From: Gracilimonas sp.
GTDB lineage: Bacteria; Bacteroidota; Rhodothermia; Balneolales; Balneolaceae
Reading direction: 5' to 3'
Length of the DNA stretch: 64,000 bases
NCBI RefSeq assembly: GCF_031581265.1
Contig: NZ_JAVLBQ010000007.1
Span: 11,259 to 75,258, forward strand
The notes under the pieces are model-generated. The model made no database searches. It was not told the DNA's origin and saw only the letters and a list, made by a program, of their open reading frames with translations. Positions 45,950 through 56,051 of this stretch are shown here, piece by piece (the stretch's first letter is position 1; every line of letters starts with the position of its first letter). The translations under genes and the position numbers were made by a program.

Positions 45950-47806
45950 ATGAAGTATCCAATTACCATAATTACTACTGTTCTATTGGCGGTCACACAA
46001 CTGGTTCACGCACAAGTTGCCGACACCCTCGATCTTGGGGAAATTGTAATCACGGCATCAAAAACCCCTACTACCGAACGGGAAACTACCAAACCGGTTA
46101 CCGTTATAAGTAGGGCTGAAATTGAGCAACAACCCAGTGCTTCCGTTGCAGAATTACTAAATCAACAAAATGGGCTAATGATAAATGGAGCGGTTTCAAG
46201 CCCTGGAAAAGATAAATCTGTATACCTTCGCGGGGCATCAACACAGTACACCCTGATATTAATTGATGGATATCCCGTTACCGATCCTTCCAGCGAGGGT
46301 GGAGCGTTTGATCTACGCTTAATGTCGCTCGAAAATGTAGAACGAATAGAAATTGTAAAAGGAAGTATGAGTACGCTTTACGGCTCTGATGCTATCTCAG
46401 GGGTCATTAATATCATAACCAAAAAACCTGAAGCAGGAGCCTTTAACTTATACGCCAAGGCAGCCTATGGTTCGTTCAATACCAATGAATTATCACTGGG
46501 AGCAAACGGGAATGCAGGTATTGCAAGCTATAAAGTGAATGTATCCCGTGATTTTACGGAAGGAATTTCTGAGGCAGAATCAACCGATGGACCCGAATTC
46601 GGTAAAGATGGATACGAGCGAATATATACTTCAGCTGAAATTGGTATAGAGCCATTAAGGAATTTCAATATCACCCCTTTTGTAAATTATTCTACCTATG
46701 ATGGGGATTATGATGACGGTGCATTTGCTGATGCCAATAATAGCTACGAAGCCTCTTTGCTGAATACCGGTGCTCGGTTTCAGTTTACTTCAGGTCATTT
46801 CAACATAAAAGAAGCTGTTACTTTTACACAAACCGAGCGTAAGTTTACCGATCAGTATGGGGTATTTAATCCAAAGGCGTCATTATTAAACTCAGATTTA
46901 CATGCCACCTATAACCGATTTAATTCGGTTAGATTTTTAGCAGGATTCAGTTACCAAAATCTTGGATTTGAACTGGATGGAATTGATGAAAGTACATCTT
47001 TGGTAAGTCCATATTTGACGGTTTACCTAAAATCAAATGTTGGTTTGAATGCGGAATTAGGACTTCGGGTGAATAATCACAGCGAGTACGGTTCAAATTG
47101 GACCTTCAACGTTGCACCTGTATTTAATGTGAATGAGGAGATTAAGCTTTTGGCGTCTGTGAGTTCCGGTTTCAAAGCTCCTACATTGAACGAGTTGTTT
47201 GGCCCCTTTGGATCAAACATCAGCTTAGAACCTCAAAAAAGTCTGACTTTTGACGGGGGGATAGAATACCGTCATTCAGCATCCGGCTTTAAGGGAAGTG
47301 TCATCTATTTTAAGCGACAAATAGAAGATTTGATTTCCTACGATTCTAACTTAGGCTACATCAACATAAATGAGCAAGATGATTACGGAGTGGAAGTACA
47401 GGCTGAGTATAATTGGGCAGGCTCCCGGGCAGAAGTTTTCTATAATTTCCTGGAAGGAGCTATCACCCAAAACGGAGAAGAAACCGACAACCTGATTCGT
47501 CGCCCGGACCATGCTTTTGGGGTAAACCTATTTCGGCAGCTAACTTCCAATTGGAGTTTAAAATTACATGGCAAATATGTAGGCGAACGAAAGGATCTTT
47601 ACTTCAACATGAATACATTTACAAATGAGTCCGTTACGCTCGATTCTTACGTTCTCATCAATATCGGTTCGGCATACACTTTGCTAAATGGTAGCCTCAC
47701 TTTGTTTACTGATATAGAAAATTTACTGGATGCTGATTATACAGAAGTTTATGGATTCAATACTCCCGGCATCCATTTCAAGGGTGGTATAAGACTTAAT
47801 TACTAA
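45950..47806 (+). CDS. btuB: TonB-dependent vitamin B12/cobalamin outer-membrane receptor
   Basis: 618-aa ORF with a signal peptide, a TonB box region (DTLDLGEIVITAS), a plug and a C-terminal ...GIRLNY. It is preceded by a cobalamin riboswitch. Confidence 0.8.
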   Translation: MKYPITIITTVLLAVTQLVHAQVADTLDLGEIVITASKTPTTERETTKPVTVISRAEIEQQPSASVAELLNQQNGLMINGAVSSPGKDKSVYLRGASTQYTLILIDGYPVTDPSSEGGAFDLRLMSLENVERIEIVKGSMSTLYGSDAISGVINIITKKPEAGAFNLYAKAAYGSFNTNELSLGANGNAGIASYKVNVSRDFTEGISEAESTDGPEFGKDGYERIYTSAEIGIEPLRNFNITPFVNYSTYDGDYDDGAFADANNSYEASLLNTGARFQFTSGHFNIKEAVTFTQTERKFTDQYGVFNPKASLLNSDLHATYNRFNSVRFLAGFSYQNLGFELDGIDESTSLVSPYLTVYLKSNVGLNAELGLRVNNHSEYGSNWTFNVAPVFNVNEEIKLLASVSSGFKAPTLNELFGPFGSNISLEPQKSLTFDGGIEYRHSASGFKGSVIYFKRQIEDLISYDSNLGYININEQDDYGVEVQAEYNWAGSRAEVFYNFLEGAITQNGEETDNLIRRPDHAFGVNLFRQLTSNWSLKLHGKYVGERKDLYFNMNTFTNESVTLDSYVLINIGSAYTLLNGSLTLFTDIENLLDADYTEVYGFNTPGIHFKGGIRLNY

Positions 47807-47946
47807 GAGAATTATTATTCTATGTACGATTTAAGATTGACTAATTATTGATTAACATCATTTAAGAATTATTAATTAATATGATATTATAAAAACTGTG
47901 ATATTAATTTATATATAATTAATTCACAAAGACACTAAAACCAAAT

Positions 47947-48164
47947 TGTGGATAACTTTTGCAAAGTAGTTTGCAAAGAATACCATTCTAAAAAAGCCCT
48001 TAAAGTGTATTTTGAGGGCTTTTTTATTGTTTGGGATTATTTCGTAAGAATAATTTCAATTAGAAAATTCAATAAAAAATATAATATGAAAAAAAGAGAA
48101 CTAAGCTTTGCAGAAATTTTATTTCCTAATGTGGATAAGTATTCAAATTTGTGGAAAAGTATTC
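47947..48164 (+). promoter_or_regulatory. Cluster of three co-oriented DnaA-box sequences upstream of nrdJ
   Basis: tgtggataa at 47947-47955 and 48130-48138 is the perfect complement of TTATCCACA. tgtggaaaa at 48150-48158 has one mismatch. The last two sit inside a 15-nt direct repeat, tgtgga[ta]aagtattc, spaced 20 nt apart. Confidence 0.55.
47995..48026 (+). terminator. Candidate rho-independent terminator downstream of btuB
   Basis: The agccct and agggct stem has flanking A and T runs, a 14-nt loop and tttttt after the stem. Confidence 0.5.
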
Positions 48165-48302
48165 GATTTTTAACTTGCTGTCATACCTCTACTCGTCTAT
48201 ATTATTCCGTACTTCTTTAGGAGATAACTCTGCAATCGGGTATTAAAATTGTCTCTCATCTACGAAGGTTATTAAAAATTTTAATTCAAACGAAGTACGC
48301 CA

Positions 48303-51300
48303 ATGAAATTTACTCGCTTCTACACCAATCCGGACTGGAAAACACCATTTGATGAAATCAAATTTGCAACGCGCACCTCTGAAATAAAAAATCCTGACGG
48401 TTCCCAGGTTTTCCATATGGAAAACGTTGTGGTACCGGAAGATTGGAGTCAGGTATCTACAGATGTCATTGCACAAAAATATTTCCGGAAAGCCGGAGTG
48501 CCTGCAAAACTCAAAAAGGTAAAAGAAAAGGGCGTGCCTACATGGTTGCAAAGATCCGTTCCTGATGAAAAAGCCCTCAAAGAGTTACCGGAAGAAAAAC
48601 GGTACGGACATGAAATTGACAGTAAGCAAGTGTTTCACCGATTGGCGGGCTGTTGGACTTATTGGGGATGGAAGCATGATTATTTTGAAAGTGAAGAGGA
48701 TGCAAAGGTATTTTATGATGAATTAGCATATATGCTGGCCACGCAGATGGCGGCTCCGAACAGTCCGCAGTGGTTTAACACCGGCCTTCATTGGGCCTAT
48801 GGAATTAACGGTCCGGCTCAAGGACATTATTATGTGGATGGCAAGACCGGGGAATTGAAGCGATCCGAAGATGCCTATACGCATCCACAACCACATGCAT
48901 GTTTCATTCAAAGCGTGGATGATGATCTCGTAAATGAAGGTGGAATTATGGATCTGTGGACTAGAGAAGCTCGTCTCTTCAAATATGGATCCGGTACCGG
49001 AAGTAACTTTTCCAAAATTCGCGGAGCCGATGAACCTTTAAGTGGCGGTGGAAGAAGTTCCGGATTAATGAGCTTCCTCAAAATTGGCGACCGTGCTGCC
49101 GGTGCTATTAAATCTGGTGGAACTACCCGGCGTGCAGCGAAAATGGTAACCCTCGATCTGGATCACCCCGATATCGAAGAATACATCAACTGGAAAGTTC
49201 GGGAAGAGCAGAAAGTAGCCGCGTTGGTAGCCGGTTCAAAGACGGTTCAAAGGCGACTTAAGAATATTATCAAGTTGTGCCACACACCGGTTGAGATTGA
49301 AGGACGTACTTTTAACGGGGCGATGAGCCGTGATCCGCTGAAAAACAAAAAGCTGGCAGAAGAAATCCGTAAGGCAAAAAGAGATCAGATACCTCTTAAT
49401 TATATAGAGCGTGTCATTCAGCTTGCAGCTCAGGGATTCACTGACTTAGAATTTGATACCTACGATACAGACTGGAATTCCGAAGCCTATTCTACGGTAA
49501 GCGGACAAAATTCCAACAACTCCGTACGAGTACCAAACTCCTTCATGAAAGCGGTGAAGGAAGATAGTGATTGGCATTTATATGGTCGTGTTGAGAAAAA
49601 ACGAGCGGCCAAAGAAGGACGTGAGCCCGAGCCAATGAAATCTATGAAAGCCCGTGAACTTTGGGATGACATTGCCTATGCAGCTTGGTCCTGTGCCGAC
49701 CCCGGAACGCAGTATCATGACACCATCAACGAATGGCACACCTGCCCCGAGGATGGCCCGATCAATGCGAGTAATCCTTGTTCGGAATATATGTTCCTCG
49801 ACAACACTGCGTGTAACCTTGCCTCTCTGAACCTGATGAAATACTTCGAAGGTGATGGCGAGTACAGGAAGTTTGATGTGGAGTCATTGAAATATGCTTC
49901 CCGTTTATGGACGGTAGTCCTTGAAATTTCTGTGCTGATGGCTCAGTTCCCATCCAAAGAAATTGCGGATCTTTCCTACAAATTCCGCACGCTGGGACTT
50001 GGATATGCCAATATTGGAGCGGCTCTTATGGTGCAAGGGCTTCCTTACGACAGTGAAGAAGGAGCCGCTGTAGCCGGAGCCGTTACCGCTACCATGCACA
50101 TGACGTCCTATGCAACTTCAGCCGAGATGGCGAAAGAGCTGGGATCTTTTGAGCGATACGAAGCCAACAAAGAACATATGTTGAAGGTGATCCGAAATCA
50201 CCGAAGGGCAGCTTACAATGCTGATCCTGAGGAGTACGAAGGATTGACCGTGAAGCCGATGGGAATCGATGCGTCGCTGTGTCCGGATTATCTGGTGAAA
50301 GCCGCCAAAAAAGCTTCAGATAAAGCACTCAAGCTTGGTGAAAAACACGGATATAGAAATGCGCAGGTTACCGTTCTTGCCCCAACCGGAACCATTGGTC
50401 TGGTCATGGATTGTGATACGACCGGAATCGAGCCTGATTTCGCCTTGGTAAAATTCAAGAAACTGGCCGGTGGCGGATATTTCAAGATCATCAATCAAGC
50501 CGTGCCGAAAGCGCTGAAAAACCTTGGCTATTCCAAAAAAGAATCTCAGGAGATCATTGACTATGCAAAAGGTTCAGGATCACTTGAGGGATGTCCACAC
50601 ATCAATCCTGAAACCCTGATGGATAAAGGATTCACCAAAGAGAAAATTGATGCGGTGAATCAGGCGCTTCCAGGAAGTTTCGATATCAAATTTGCATTCA
50701 ACCAGTGGACGCTGGGAGAAGATTTCTGTAAAGAAGTACTGGAAATTTCTGAAGAGCAGCTCAACGATATGAATTTCGATATGCTGCGTTTCCTTGGTTT
50801 TAGCCATGAGCAGATCCAGGAAGCCAATGATTACGTATGTGGAACCATGACCGTGGAAGGTGCACCGCATCTGAAAGAGGAAGATTACGCTGTATTCGAT
50901 TGCGCAAACCGATGCGGGAGAATTGGAACGCGTTTCATTTCAGCCAAAGGACATATTCGCATGATGGCTGCTGCCCAGCCATTCTTGTCCGGCGCGATTT
51001 CAAAAACCATCAACCTTCCAAACGAAGCGACTATCGAAGATATGAAGGACGCTTACATGGATTCATGGGAGATGATGCTGAAGGCTAATGCCTTGTATCG
51101 TGACGGCTCAAAATTAAGTCAGCCGCTGAATTCCATGGCCGATGTACTTGAGGAAATCGTGGATGAGGAAGATGAGGAGTCCGTAGATGCAGAAACTTCA
51201 CAAGCTCAGGACAAAGTACTTGAAGTAGCCGAGCGAATCATTCACAAATATGTGGCTCGTCGTCAGCGACTTCCATTCCGTCGTGAAGGTTACACGCAAA

Positions 51301-51974
51301 AAGTGAAGATCGGCGGACAGAGTGTCTATCTCAGAACAGGTGAATATGAAAACGGTCAATTGGGTGAAATCTTTATTGATATGCACCGTGAAGGGGCCGC
51401 TTTCAGAAGCTTGTTGAACTGTTTTGCTATTTCAATTTCCCTTGGATTACAGCACGGCGTTCCATTGGAAGAATTTGTGGATGCCTTTGTATTCACCAAA
51501 TTCGAGCCAAGCGGAATGGTAAATGGCAACCCGCATGTGAAGATGAGTACCTCAGTTATTGACTACATTTTCCGTGAGCTTGCAGTTACTTATCTCGGCC
51601 GAGAAGATTTAGCACACGTGCCGGCTGAGGAAATTGAAACTCGGAATTTACGTCCTACGGCAGAAGCCAACCCGGATGTGGACAGTGCTGAATTTGATAA
51701 AGGTAGCACTGATACTAAAACAACAGCACGTGCACCTGAACCGGAGCCTGAAGTAGCCCCGTCGATGTCAGATCCATCACAAACGGCTGCTGAATCTCAA
51801 GCCCAAACACAACAAAAAGCGGTGAAGTCAGACAGTTACGAAAGTGACTATGACAAAGCCAAACAAATGGGCTACACCGGTGAAGCCTGCCCCGAATGCG
51901 GCAGCATGACCATGGTCAGAAACGGAACCTGTATGAAGTGTATTACTTGTGGATCTACCACGGGTTGTAGTTGA
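48303..51974 (+). CDS. nrdJ: Adenosylcobalamin-dependent ribonucleoside-diphosphate reductase (class II)
   Basis: 1223-aa ORF with class II RNR motifs ([21 protein letters not shown], thiyl-loop region) and a C-terminal zinc ribbon (CPECGS...[14 protein letters not shown]). Confidence 0.92.
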   Translation: MKFTRFYTNPDWKTPFDEIKFATRTSEIKNPDGSQVFHMENVVVPEDWSQVSTDVIAQKYFRKAGVPAKLKKVKEKGVPTWLQRSVPDEKALKELPEEKRYGHEIDSKQVFHRLAGCWTYWGWKHDYFESEEDAKVFYDELAYMLATQMAAPNSPQWFNTGLHWAYGINGPAQGHYYVDGKTGELKRSEDAYTHPQPHACFIQSVDDDLVNEGGIMDLWTREARLFKYGSGTGSNFSKIRGADEPLSGGGRSSGLMSFLKIGDRAAGAIKSGGTTRRAAKMVTLDLDHPDIEEYINWKVREEQKVAALVAGSKTVQRRLKNIIKLCHTPVEIEGRTFNGAMSRDPLKNKKLAEEIRKAKRDQIPLNYIERVIQLAAQGFTDLEFDTYDTDWNSEAYSTVSGQNSNNSVRVPNSFMKAVKEDSDWHLYGRVEKKRAAKEGREPEPMKSMKARELWDDIAYAAWSCADPGTQYHDTINEWHTCPEDGPINASNPCSEYMFLDNTACNLASLNLMKYFEGDGEYRKFDVESLKYASRLWTVVLEISVLMAQFPSKEIADLSYKFRTLGLGYANIGAALMVQGLPYDSEEGAAVAGAVTATMHMTSYATSAEMAKELGSFERYEANKEHMLKVIRNHRRAAYNADPEEYEGLTVKPMGIDASLCPDYLVKAAKKASDKALKLGEKHGYRNAQVTVLAPTGTIGLVMDCDTTGIEPDFALVKFKKLAGGGYFKIINQAVPKALKNLGYSKKESQEIIDYAKGSGSLEGCPHINPETLMDKGFTKEKIDAVNQALPGSFDIKFAFNQWTLGEDFCKEVLEISEEQLNDMNFDMLRFLGFSHEQIQEANDYVCGTMTVEGAPHLKEEDYAVFDCANRCGRIGTRFISAKGHIRMMAAAQPFLSGAISKTINLPNEATIEDMKDAYMDSWEMMLKANALYRDGSKLSQPLNSMADVLEEIVDEEDEESVDAETSQAQDKVLEVAERIIHKYVARRQRLPFRREGYTQKVKIGGQSVYLRTGEYENGQLGEIFIDMHREGAAFRSLLNCFAISISLGLQHGVPLEEFVDAFVFTKFEPSGMVNGNPHVKMSTSVIDYIFRELAVTYLGREDLAHVPAEEIETRNLRPTAEANPDVDSAEFDKGSTDTKTTARAPEPEPEVAPSMSDPSQTAAESQAQTQQKAVKSDSYESDYDKAKQMGYTGEACPECGSMTMVRNGTCMKCITCGSTTGCS

Positions 51975-52047
51975 TTCGTTAATCGTTGGAATCGAATTAA
52001 CGAATCACCATTAAACAAATATCGAATTTTGTAGAGAACATTAGAAA

Positions 52048-52081
52048 GCCCTGATTGGTGAGTAACTGATCGGGGTTTTTA
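52048..52081 (+). terminator. Rho-independent terminator of nrdJ
   Basis: The gccctgat and atcggggt stem (with G-U pairs) is followed by ttttt. Confidence 0.65.
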
Positions 52082-52106
52082 GTTTCTATGATTTTAGGTG
52101 TAGAAA

Positions 52107-52338
52107 GCTATTTTGGCTTTGGCAACAACACCTCTCACAATAAATACAGGAACAATTGCATTTATTGACCTCTCCTCAAGGAGAGACTATTCGTTGAAGC
52201 ATAAAAGATTTGAAGCTGAATTGTTTAACGGATATTGATTTGTCACAAGGCTAAGTCCTCCCTTGAGGGAAGTGCCTTCATTTTTAACTTGTTAAAATGA
52301 GCGGTGGGTGTTCGTACTAAGGTTTAACTATTTTTTCT
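52107..52338. repeat. 232-bp palindromic insert flanked by a 10-bp direct repeat
   Basis: ggtgtagaaa occurs at 52097-52106 and 52339-52348. The interior carries arms related to the 17929 element (gtcctcccttgagggaagtgcc, gcggtgggtgtt, cctctcctcaaggagagac) in inverted order. Confidence 0.6.
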
Positions 52339-52356
52339 GGTGTAGAAAAAACCGTA

Positions 52357-52806
52357 TCATAAATTCTCTAAGTCATCCAAGTCCCGATGTCTTCCTGAAG
52401 CTCGTTTATTCTTTTTTAAATCATTAAGAGATATAAAATTGACGTCTATATCATCTACAACAGCTTCTTTTTTAGAAGAATAAGCTTCATCAAACTCAAC
52501 TCCATCAATTTCATTAATAATATCTATGCGGTGAGGAGGATAGCCTATTTGAATTATTGAGTCAGGTTTTGAAAAATCATCAGGTGATAGATTTAAAGAA
52601 CCCATTACAAAAGCCTCCAGTACTCGAACTAATTTTTGAGCATTTTTAGGTGAGGACTTAACCCAGAAATCAATGTCACCGGTGTACCGAGGGTGCCCAT
52701 AAAAGGCTACAGCGTAACCACCGGTAATCAGGTATTTAACCTCGTTCTCGTTTAACAACTCTACAAACTCTTTGAAGTCGGGTGGGAAGACCTTTGAGTC
52801 GGACAT
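52357..52806 (-). CDS. Nucleotidyltransferase-fold protein (small MNT/DUF6036-like)
   Basis: 149-aa ORF. FKEFVELLNENEVKYLITGGYAVAFYGHPRYTGDIDFWV matches the GG...G..R.T.D.D NTase core. Confidence 0.65.
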   Translation of the reverse strand: MSDSKVFPPDFKEFVELLNENEVKYLITGGYAVAFYGHPRYTGDIDFWVKSSPKNAQKLVRVLEAFVMGSLNLSPDDFSKPDSIIQIGYPPHRIDIINEIDGVEFDEAYSSKKEAVVDDIDVNFISLNDLKKNKRASGRHRDLDDLENL

Positions 52807-52921
52807 ATTGTTGCCTCAGGGTTTCAAGAGCGGCAAGTCGTTCTTCCGGAGACTTATTCATCCAGTAATCACGGTCACTTTTTTGCTCTTGTTTTGTTAT
52901 GATTTTTATTGATTTGTCCAT
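52736..52921 (-). CDS. Small upstream partner protein (61 aa) overlapping the NTase gene by 71 nt
   Basis: MDKSIKIITKQEQKSDRDYWMNKSPEERLAALETLRQQYV... I chose the ATG at 52919-52921. A palindrome overlaps this start. Confidence 0.45.
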   Translation of the reverse strand: MDKSIKIITKQEQKSDRDYWMNKSPEERLAALETLRQQYVRLKGLPTRLQRVCRVVKRERG

Positions 52922-53177
52922 GGATAAATATACATTTTTATCCATAAAATTTCTGAATCTCAATCAACTGGTTCAAGCGTCTCGCTTGGACCATACATTG
53001 TCTAATTCATCACGCGGACCGGGAGGTCCTACCAGGCGTTCCCAACGGGGACGTTTGGGAACGATGAATAAGTGTTCATCCGTCGATGTTCATTGTTGGA
53101 TGTTCTGATGTTCCTAAAGCATCTCTCCACCAATACTTTTACCTTTCGGATGAACTTGAATTACAGCCTATAACATC

Positions 53178-53795
53178 ATGGCAAACTTTCCCAACCCATT
53201 CTTTCGCTGGAGACCCCATCCTTGGCACGGACTCGAAGTTGGCTCCAATCAACCCAAAAATGTAAACGCCTTTATTGAGCTTACCCCGTTTGATACCATC
53301 AAATATGAAGTAGATAAAAAAACAGGGTATATGCGGGTTGATCGCCCACAACGGAGTTCGTCACTTCCACCATCATTGTATGGATTTATACCTCGAACGT
53401 ATTGTGGAGATGAAGTTGGAGCCCTCTCATCTCAAGATGTGCAGGGAGATGGAGATCCGCTGGATATTTGTGTGCTGAGTGAGCGTCCCATTGACCGCAA
53501 TGAGGTAATTTTAAGTGCCAGAGTAATTGGCGGATTGCACATGGTTGATAAGGGAGAGGCCGATGATAAAATCATCTCCGTACTCGATAACGATACCTAT
53601 TACGCAGATATAGAAAGCGTAAATGATTTGCCTCCGGTATTATTGGAACGATTGCGGCACTATTTTGGGACATACAAATTGATTCCGGGAAAAGAATCGA
53701 ATGATGTATATGTAGAGGGTATTTTTGATGAGAACCACGCATATAAAGTGATCGAAGCAGCCATCAAAGATTACGAAACTATGTTCGGAGAGTAA
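53178..53795 (+). CDS. ppa: Inorganic pyrophosphatase (family I)
   Basis: 205-aa ORF with EL.P....KYE.DK, the [10 protein letters not shown] active-site motif and DDKIISV. Confidence 0.9.
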   Translation: MANFPNPFFRWRPHPWHGLEVGSNQPKNVNAFIELTPFDTIKYEVDKKTGYMRVDRPQRSSSLPPSLYGFIPRTYCGDEVGALSSQDVQGDGDPLDICVLSERPIDRNEVILSARVIGGLHMVDKGEADDKIISVLDNDTYYADIESVNDLPPVLLERLRHYFGTYKLIPGKESNDVYVEGIFDENHAYKVIEAAIKDYETMFGE

Positions 53796-53828
53796 TAAGC
53801 CAGCATTGAATATTGAACGGACTATCGT

Positions 53829-54818
53829 ATGACAAAGGGTAAAGAGAATATCCGGGTACAGAAATTTATTGTGGCCATTGCAGTGATTCTCTTTGCACTC
53901 AAGATGGGAGCTTGGTATTTGACCGGTTCGGTAGCAGTTCTCACAGATGGACTCGAAAGCATTGTCAATGTCATTTCGGGATTCATTGGGCTCTACAGTC
54001 TTTATCTGTCCGCAAAGCCCAAAGATGCCAATCACCCCTATGGACACGGGAAAGTTGAGTTCATTTCAGCAGGTATTGAAGGTACGCTGATAACCATAGC
54101 CGGGCTTTTTATTATTTATGAAGCTGTTCGAAGTTTCATACATCCTGAGCCGCTACAGAAACTTGACCTGGGGATCATATTGATAGCAATTTCAGCTGTT
54201 ATTAACTATGGATTTGGATGGTGGGCTTATCAAACCGGGAAAGAAAATGATTCCTTGGCATTACAAGCCAGTGGCCGTCATCTTCAAACAGATACTTACA
54301 CCACCATTGGTATTATAGCCGGATTGATCCTTATCAGATTTACCAATATTCTTTGGCTGGATGGGGCCGTAGCCATTGTATTTGCACTATTTATAATGAG
54401 AACAGGGTACCGGATATTAAGAGTTGCCGTGGCAGGTATTATGGATGAAACAGATGAAGATTTGCTGGAAGATTTGATCAGTTTTTTGCAGGAAAACCGA
54501 GATCCAAAATGGATTGATCTCCATAATCTCAGGATCATCAAATATGGCCGAATTCTGCATGTTGATTGCCACCTAACGTTGCCATGGTACCTCACTGTAA
54601 AAGAAGCTCATGCTGAGTTGGATAAGATCGAAGCCTTGATTACAGATAAATTTGGAGATCGCATAGAGATCTTCATTCACACCGATTATTGTATGGAGTT
54701 TTCGTGCCGAATATGTCAGGTGACAAACTGCGAAGTTCGTCAACATCAGTTTGAAGAAGAAATTACCTGGACGGTTGAAAATGTAGCCTCAGATGGGAAA
54801 CATCAGCTTGGTAATTAA
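53829..54818 (+). CDS. Cation diffusion facilitator (CDF) family metal efflux transporter
   Basis: 329-aa ORF with 6 TM segments, LTDGLESIVN and HLQTD motifs, a cytoplasmic C-terminal domain and a Cys-rich tail (CMEFSCRICQVTNC). Confidence 0.85.
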   Translation: MTKGKENIRVQKFIVAIAVILFALKMGAWYLTGSVAVLTDGLESIVNVISGFIGLYSLYLSAKPKDANHPYGHGKVEFISAGIEGTLITIAGLFIIYEAVRSFIHPEPLQKLDLGIILIAISAVINYGFGWWAYQTGKENDSLALQASGRHLQTDTYTTIGIIAGLILIRFTNILWLDGAVAIVFALFIMRTGYRILRVAVAGIMDETDEDLLEDLISFLQENRDPKWIDLHNLRIIKYGRILHVDCHLTLPWYLTVKEAHAELDKIEALITDKFGDRIEIFIHTDYCMEFSCRICQVTNCEVRQHQFEEEITWTVENVASDGKHQLGN

Positions 54819-54836
54819 ATTAAAAAGTTCACGAGT

Positions 54837-55988
54837 TTAAATATAATCACTCAAGTCAATATCTAACTTTGCAGAATATTGTCTAAGCAATTCTATTTTG
54901 TAATCAGGAACCAACTCTGTCTCACCAGCAATGATCTCTTTAGCCAGCCTTTTGGGCAGTATAAATGACTTTGCGTGTGTACCAAAATCTTCAGCAATGC
55001 TATTTTGAATGGGCTTCATGAGCTTATCTTTCATATTGTTGATGTGGCTTTGACGGTGGCGCATTGCCAGGTAATCTTCTTTACTGAGATCATATGAGGC
55101 TTTTTTAGTCTTCGATAAATTTCTGGATTCTGCCTCATTGATACTTTTTTGTAATTCTTGCTGCAACTGTTTTTGAAAACCGGAGTTTTTGATTTTGCCA
55201 AATATCCCTTTAGTATTCTGCCAAGACGAAATGTTGTTTGGATTTTTGGCAAGTTCTTCCACAAGCTCCTTCTTTATAATCTGGTAGAAGGGCTTGTTAT
55301 ACTTTTCTGCAATACCGTCGAAAAAGTCCATCAAATGACAATAAATATGCCATTCATACATCGTCATATTATTCTTTTCCTTTTCTTTGACCGGATTGTT
55401 ATGATCAAGATCGCTGTAATCTAATTGGTCAAAGATCGAATTTTCCTGCAATATCCAATCCAGTAGATTTTGTTTTCGGGCTTGATCTTCTAAAGCATTT
55501 TTAAAATCAAGCAGGTATATAACATCATCGGCGGCATATTGTATTTGCTTGTCTGTCAATGGCCGCTTATACCAATTACTTTGTTGGGATGAGCTGTTAA
55601 CCTCAATATCCAGAACCTCACTAATGAGATTTGTCAGTGAAGCCGGTTCATAATTCAACAAACTTGTGGCAATGTCCAAGTCGAAGATATTTTTTGGAAA
55701 ACAATCGAGGGAATGAAAGAGTCGCAAATCCTCCCCAAATGCAAAAACGACTTTCTGAATATCTGGATTTTGGATAGGAGGGAAGATCGTCGAGATGGAT
55801 AATGAATCACTGAGTGGATCCACTATATAACAATCCTCACCATCATAAATCTGCATCAGGCACATATCAAAACCGTAGCGGTATCGGTTACGGTCAAATT
55901 CCAAATCAATGGAAAATTGCTTTCTTGTATTCAATTTAGAACTCAGATTTTCTAAATCATGTTCTTCTTTAATGATATGTACTGACAT
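54837..55988 (-). CDS. 3-prime-5-prime exonuclease, RNase D-like (DEDDy) with a helical C-terminal region
   Basis: 383-aa ORF with ExoI (SIDLEFD), ExoII (KVVFAFGEDL) and ExoIII (QIQYAADDVIYL). Confidence 0.75.
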   Translation of the reverse strand: MSVHIIKEEHDLENLSSKLNTRKQFSIDLEFDRNRYRYGFDMCLMQIYDGEDCYIVDPLSDSLSISTIFPPIQNPDIQKVVFAFGEDLRLFHSLDCFPKNIFDLDIATSLLNYEPASLTNLISEVLDIEVNSSSQQSNWYKRPLTDKQIQYAADDVIYLLDFKNALEDQARKQNLLDWILQENSIFDQLDYSDLDHNNPVKEKEKNNMTMYEWHIYCHLMDFFDGIAEKYNKPFYQIIKKELVEELAKNPNNISSWQNTKGIFGKIKNSGFQKQLQQELQKSINEAESRNLSKTKKASYDLSKEDYLAMRHRQSHINNMKDKLMKPIQNSIAEDFGTHAKSFILPKRLAKEIIAGETELVPDYKIELLRQYSAKLDIDLSDYI

Positions 55989-56051
55989 TGGGTTATTTAA
56001 AATGAAAAAGTTGAGCTAAAGTATTAATAATAATGTTGAAATGTGAGATAT

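Noticed and set aside
47897-47928. An NrdR-box-like palindrome, tgtgatattaatttatatataattaattcaca, upstream of nrdJ
   Set aside because: NrdR boxes read ACAC...GTGT around an AT core and occur as a phased pair. This palindrome has the opposite polarity (TGTG...CACA), it is single, and it lies about 375 nt from the start codon.
47948-48220. A 90-aa GTG-initiated ORF in the btuB-nrdJ spacer
   Set aside because: It runs through a terminator-like hairpin and the DnaA-box repeats. It is AT-rich and low-complexity, has no recognisable motif, and is more plausibly non-coding regulatory DNA.
48170-48302. A second cobalamin riboswitch or other structured leader in front of nrdJ
   Set aside because: There is no B12 box and no conserved riboswitch core. 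The only feature is an 8-bp long-range pairing, cgtacttc (48208-48215) with gaagtacg (48292-48299), next to the start codon, which is too little to call.
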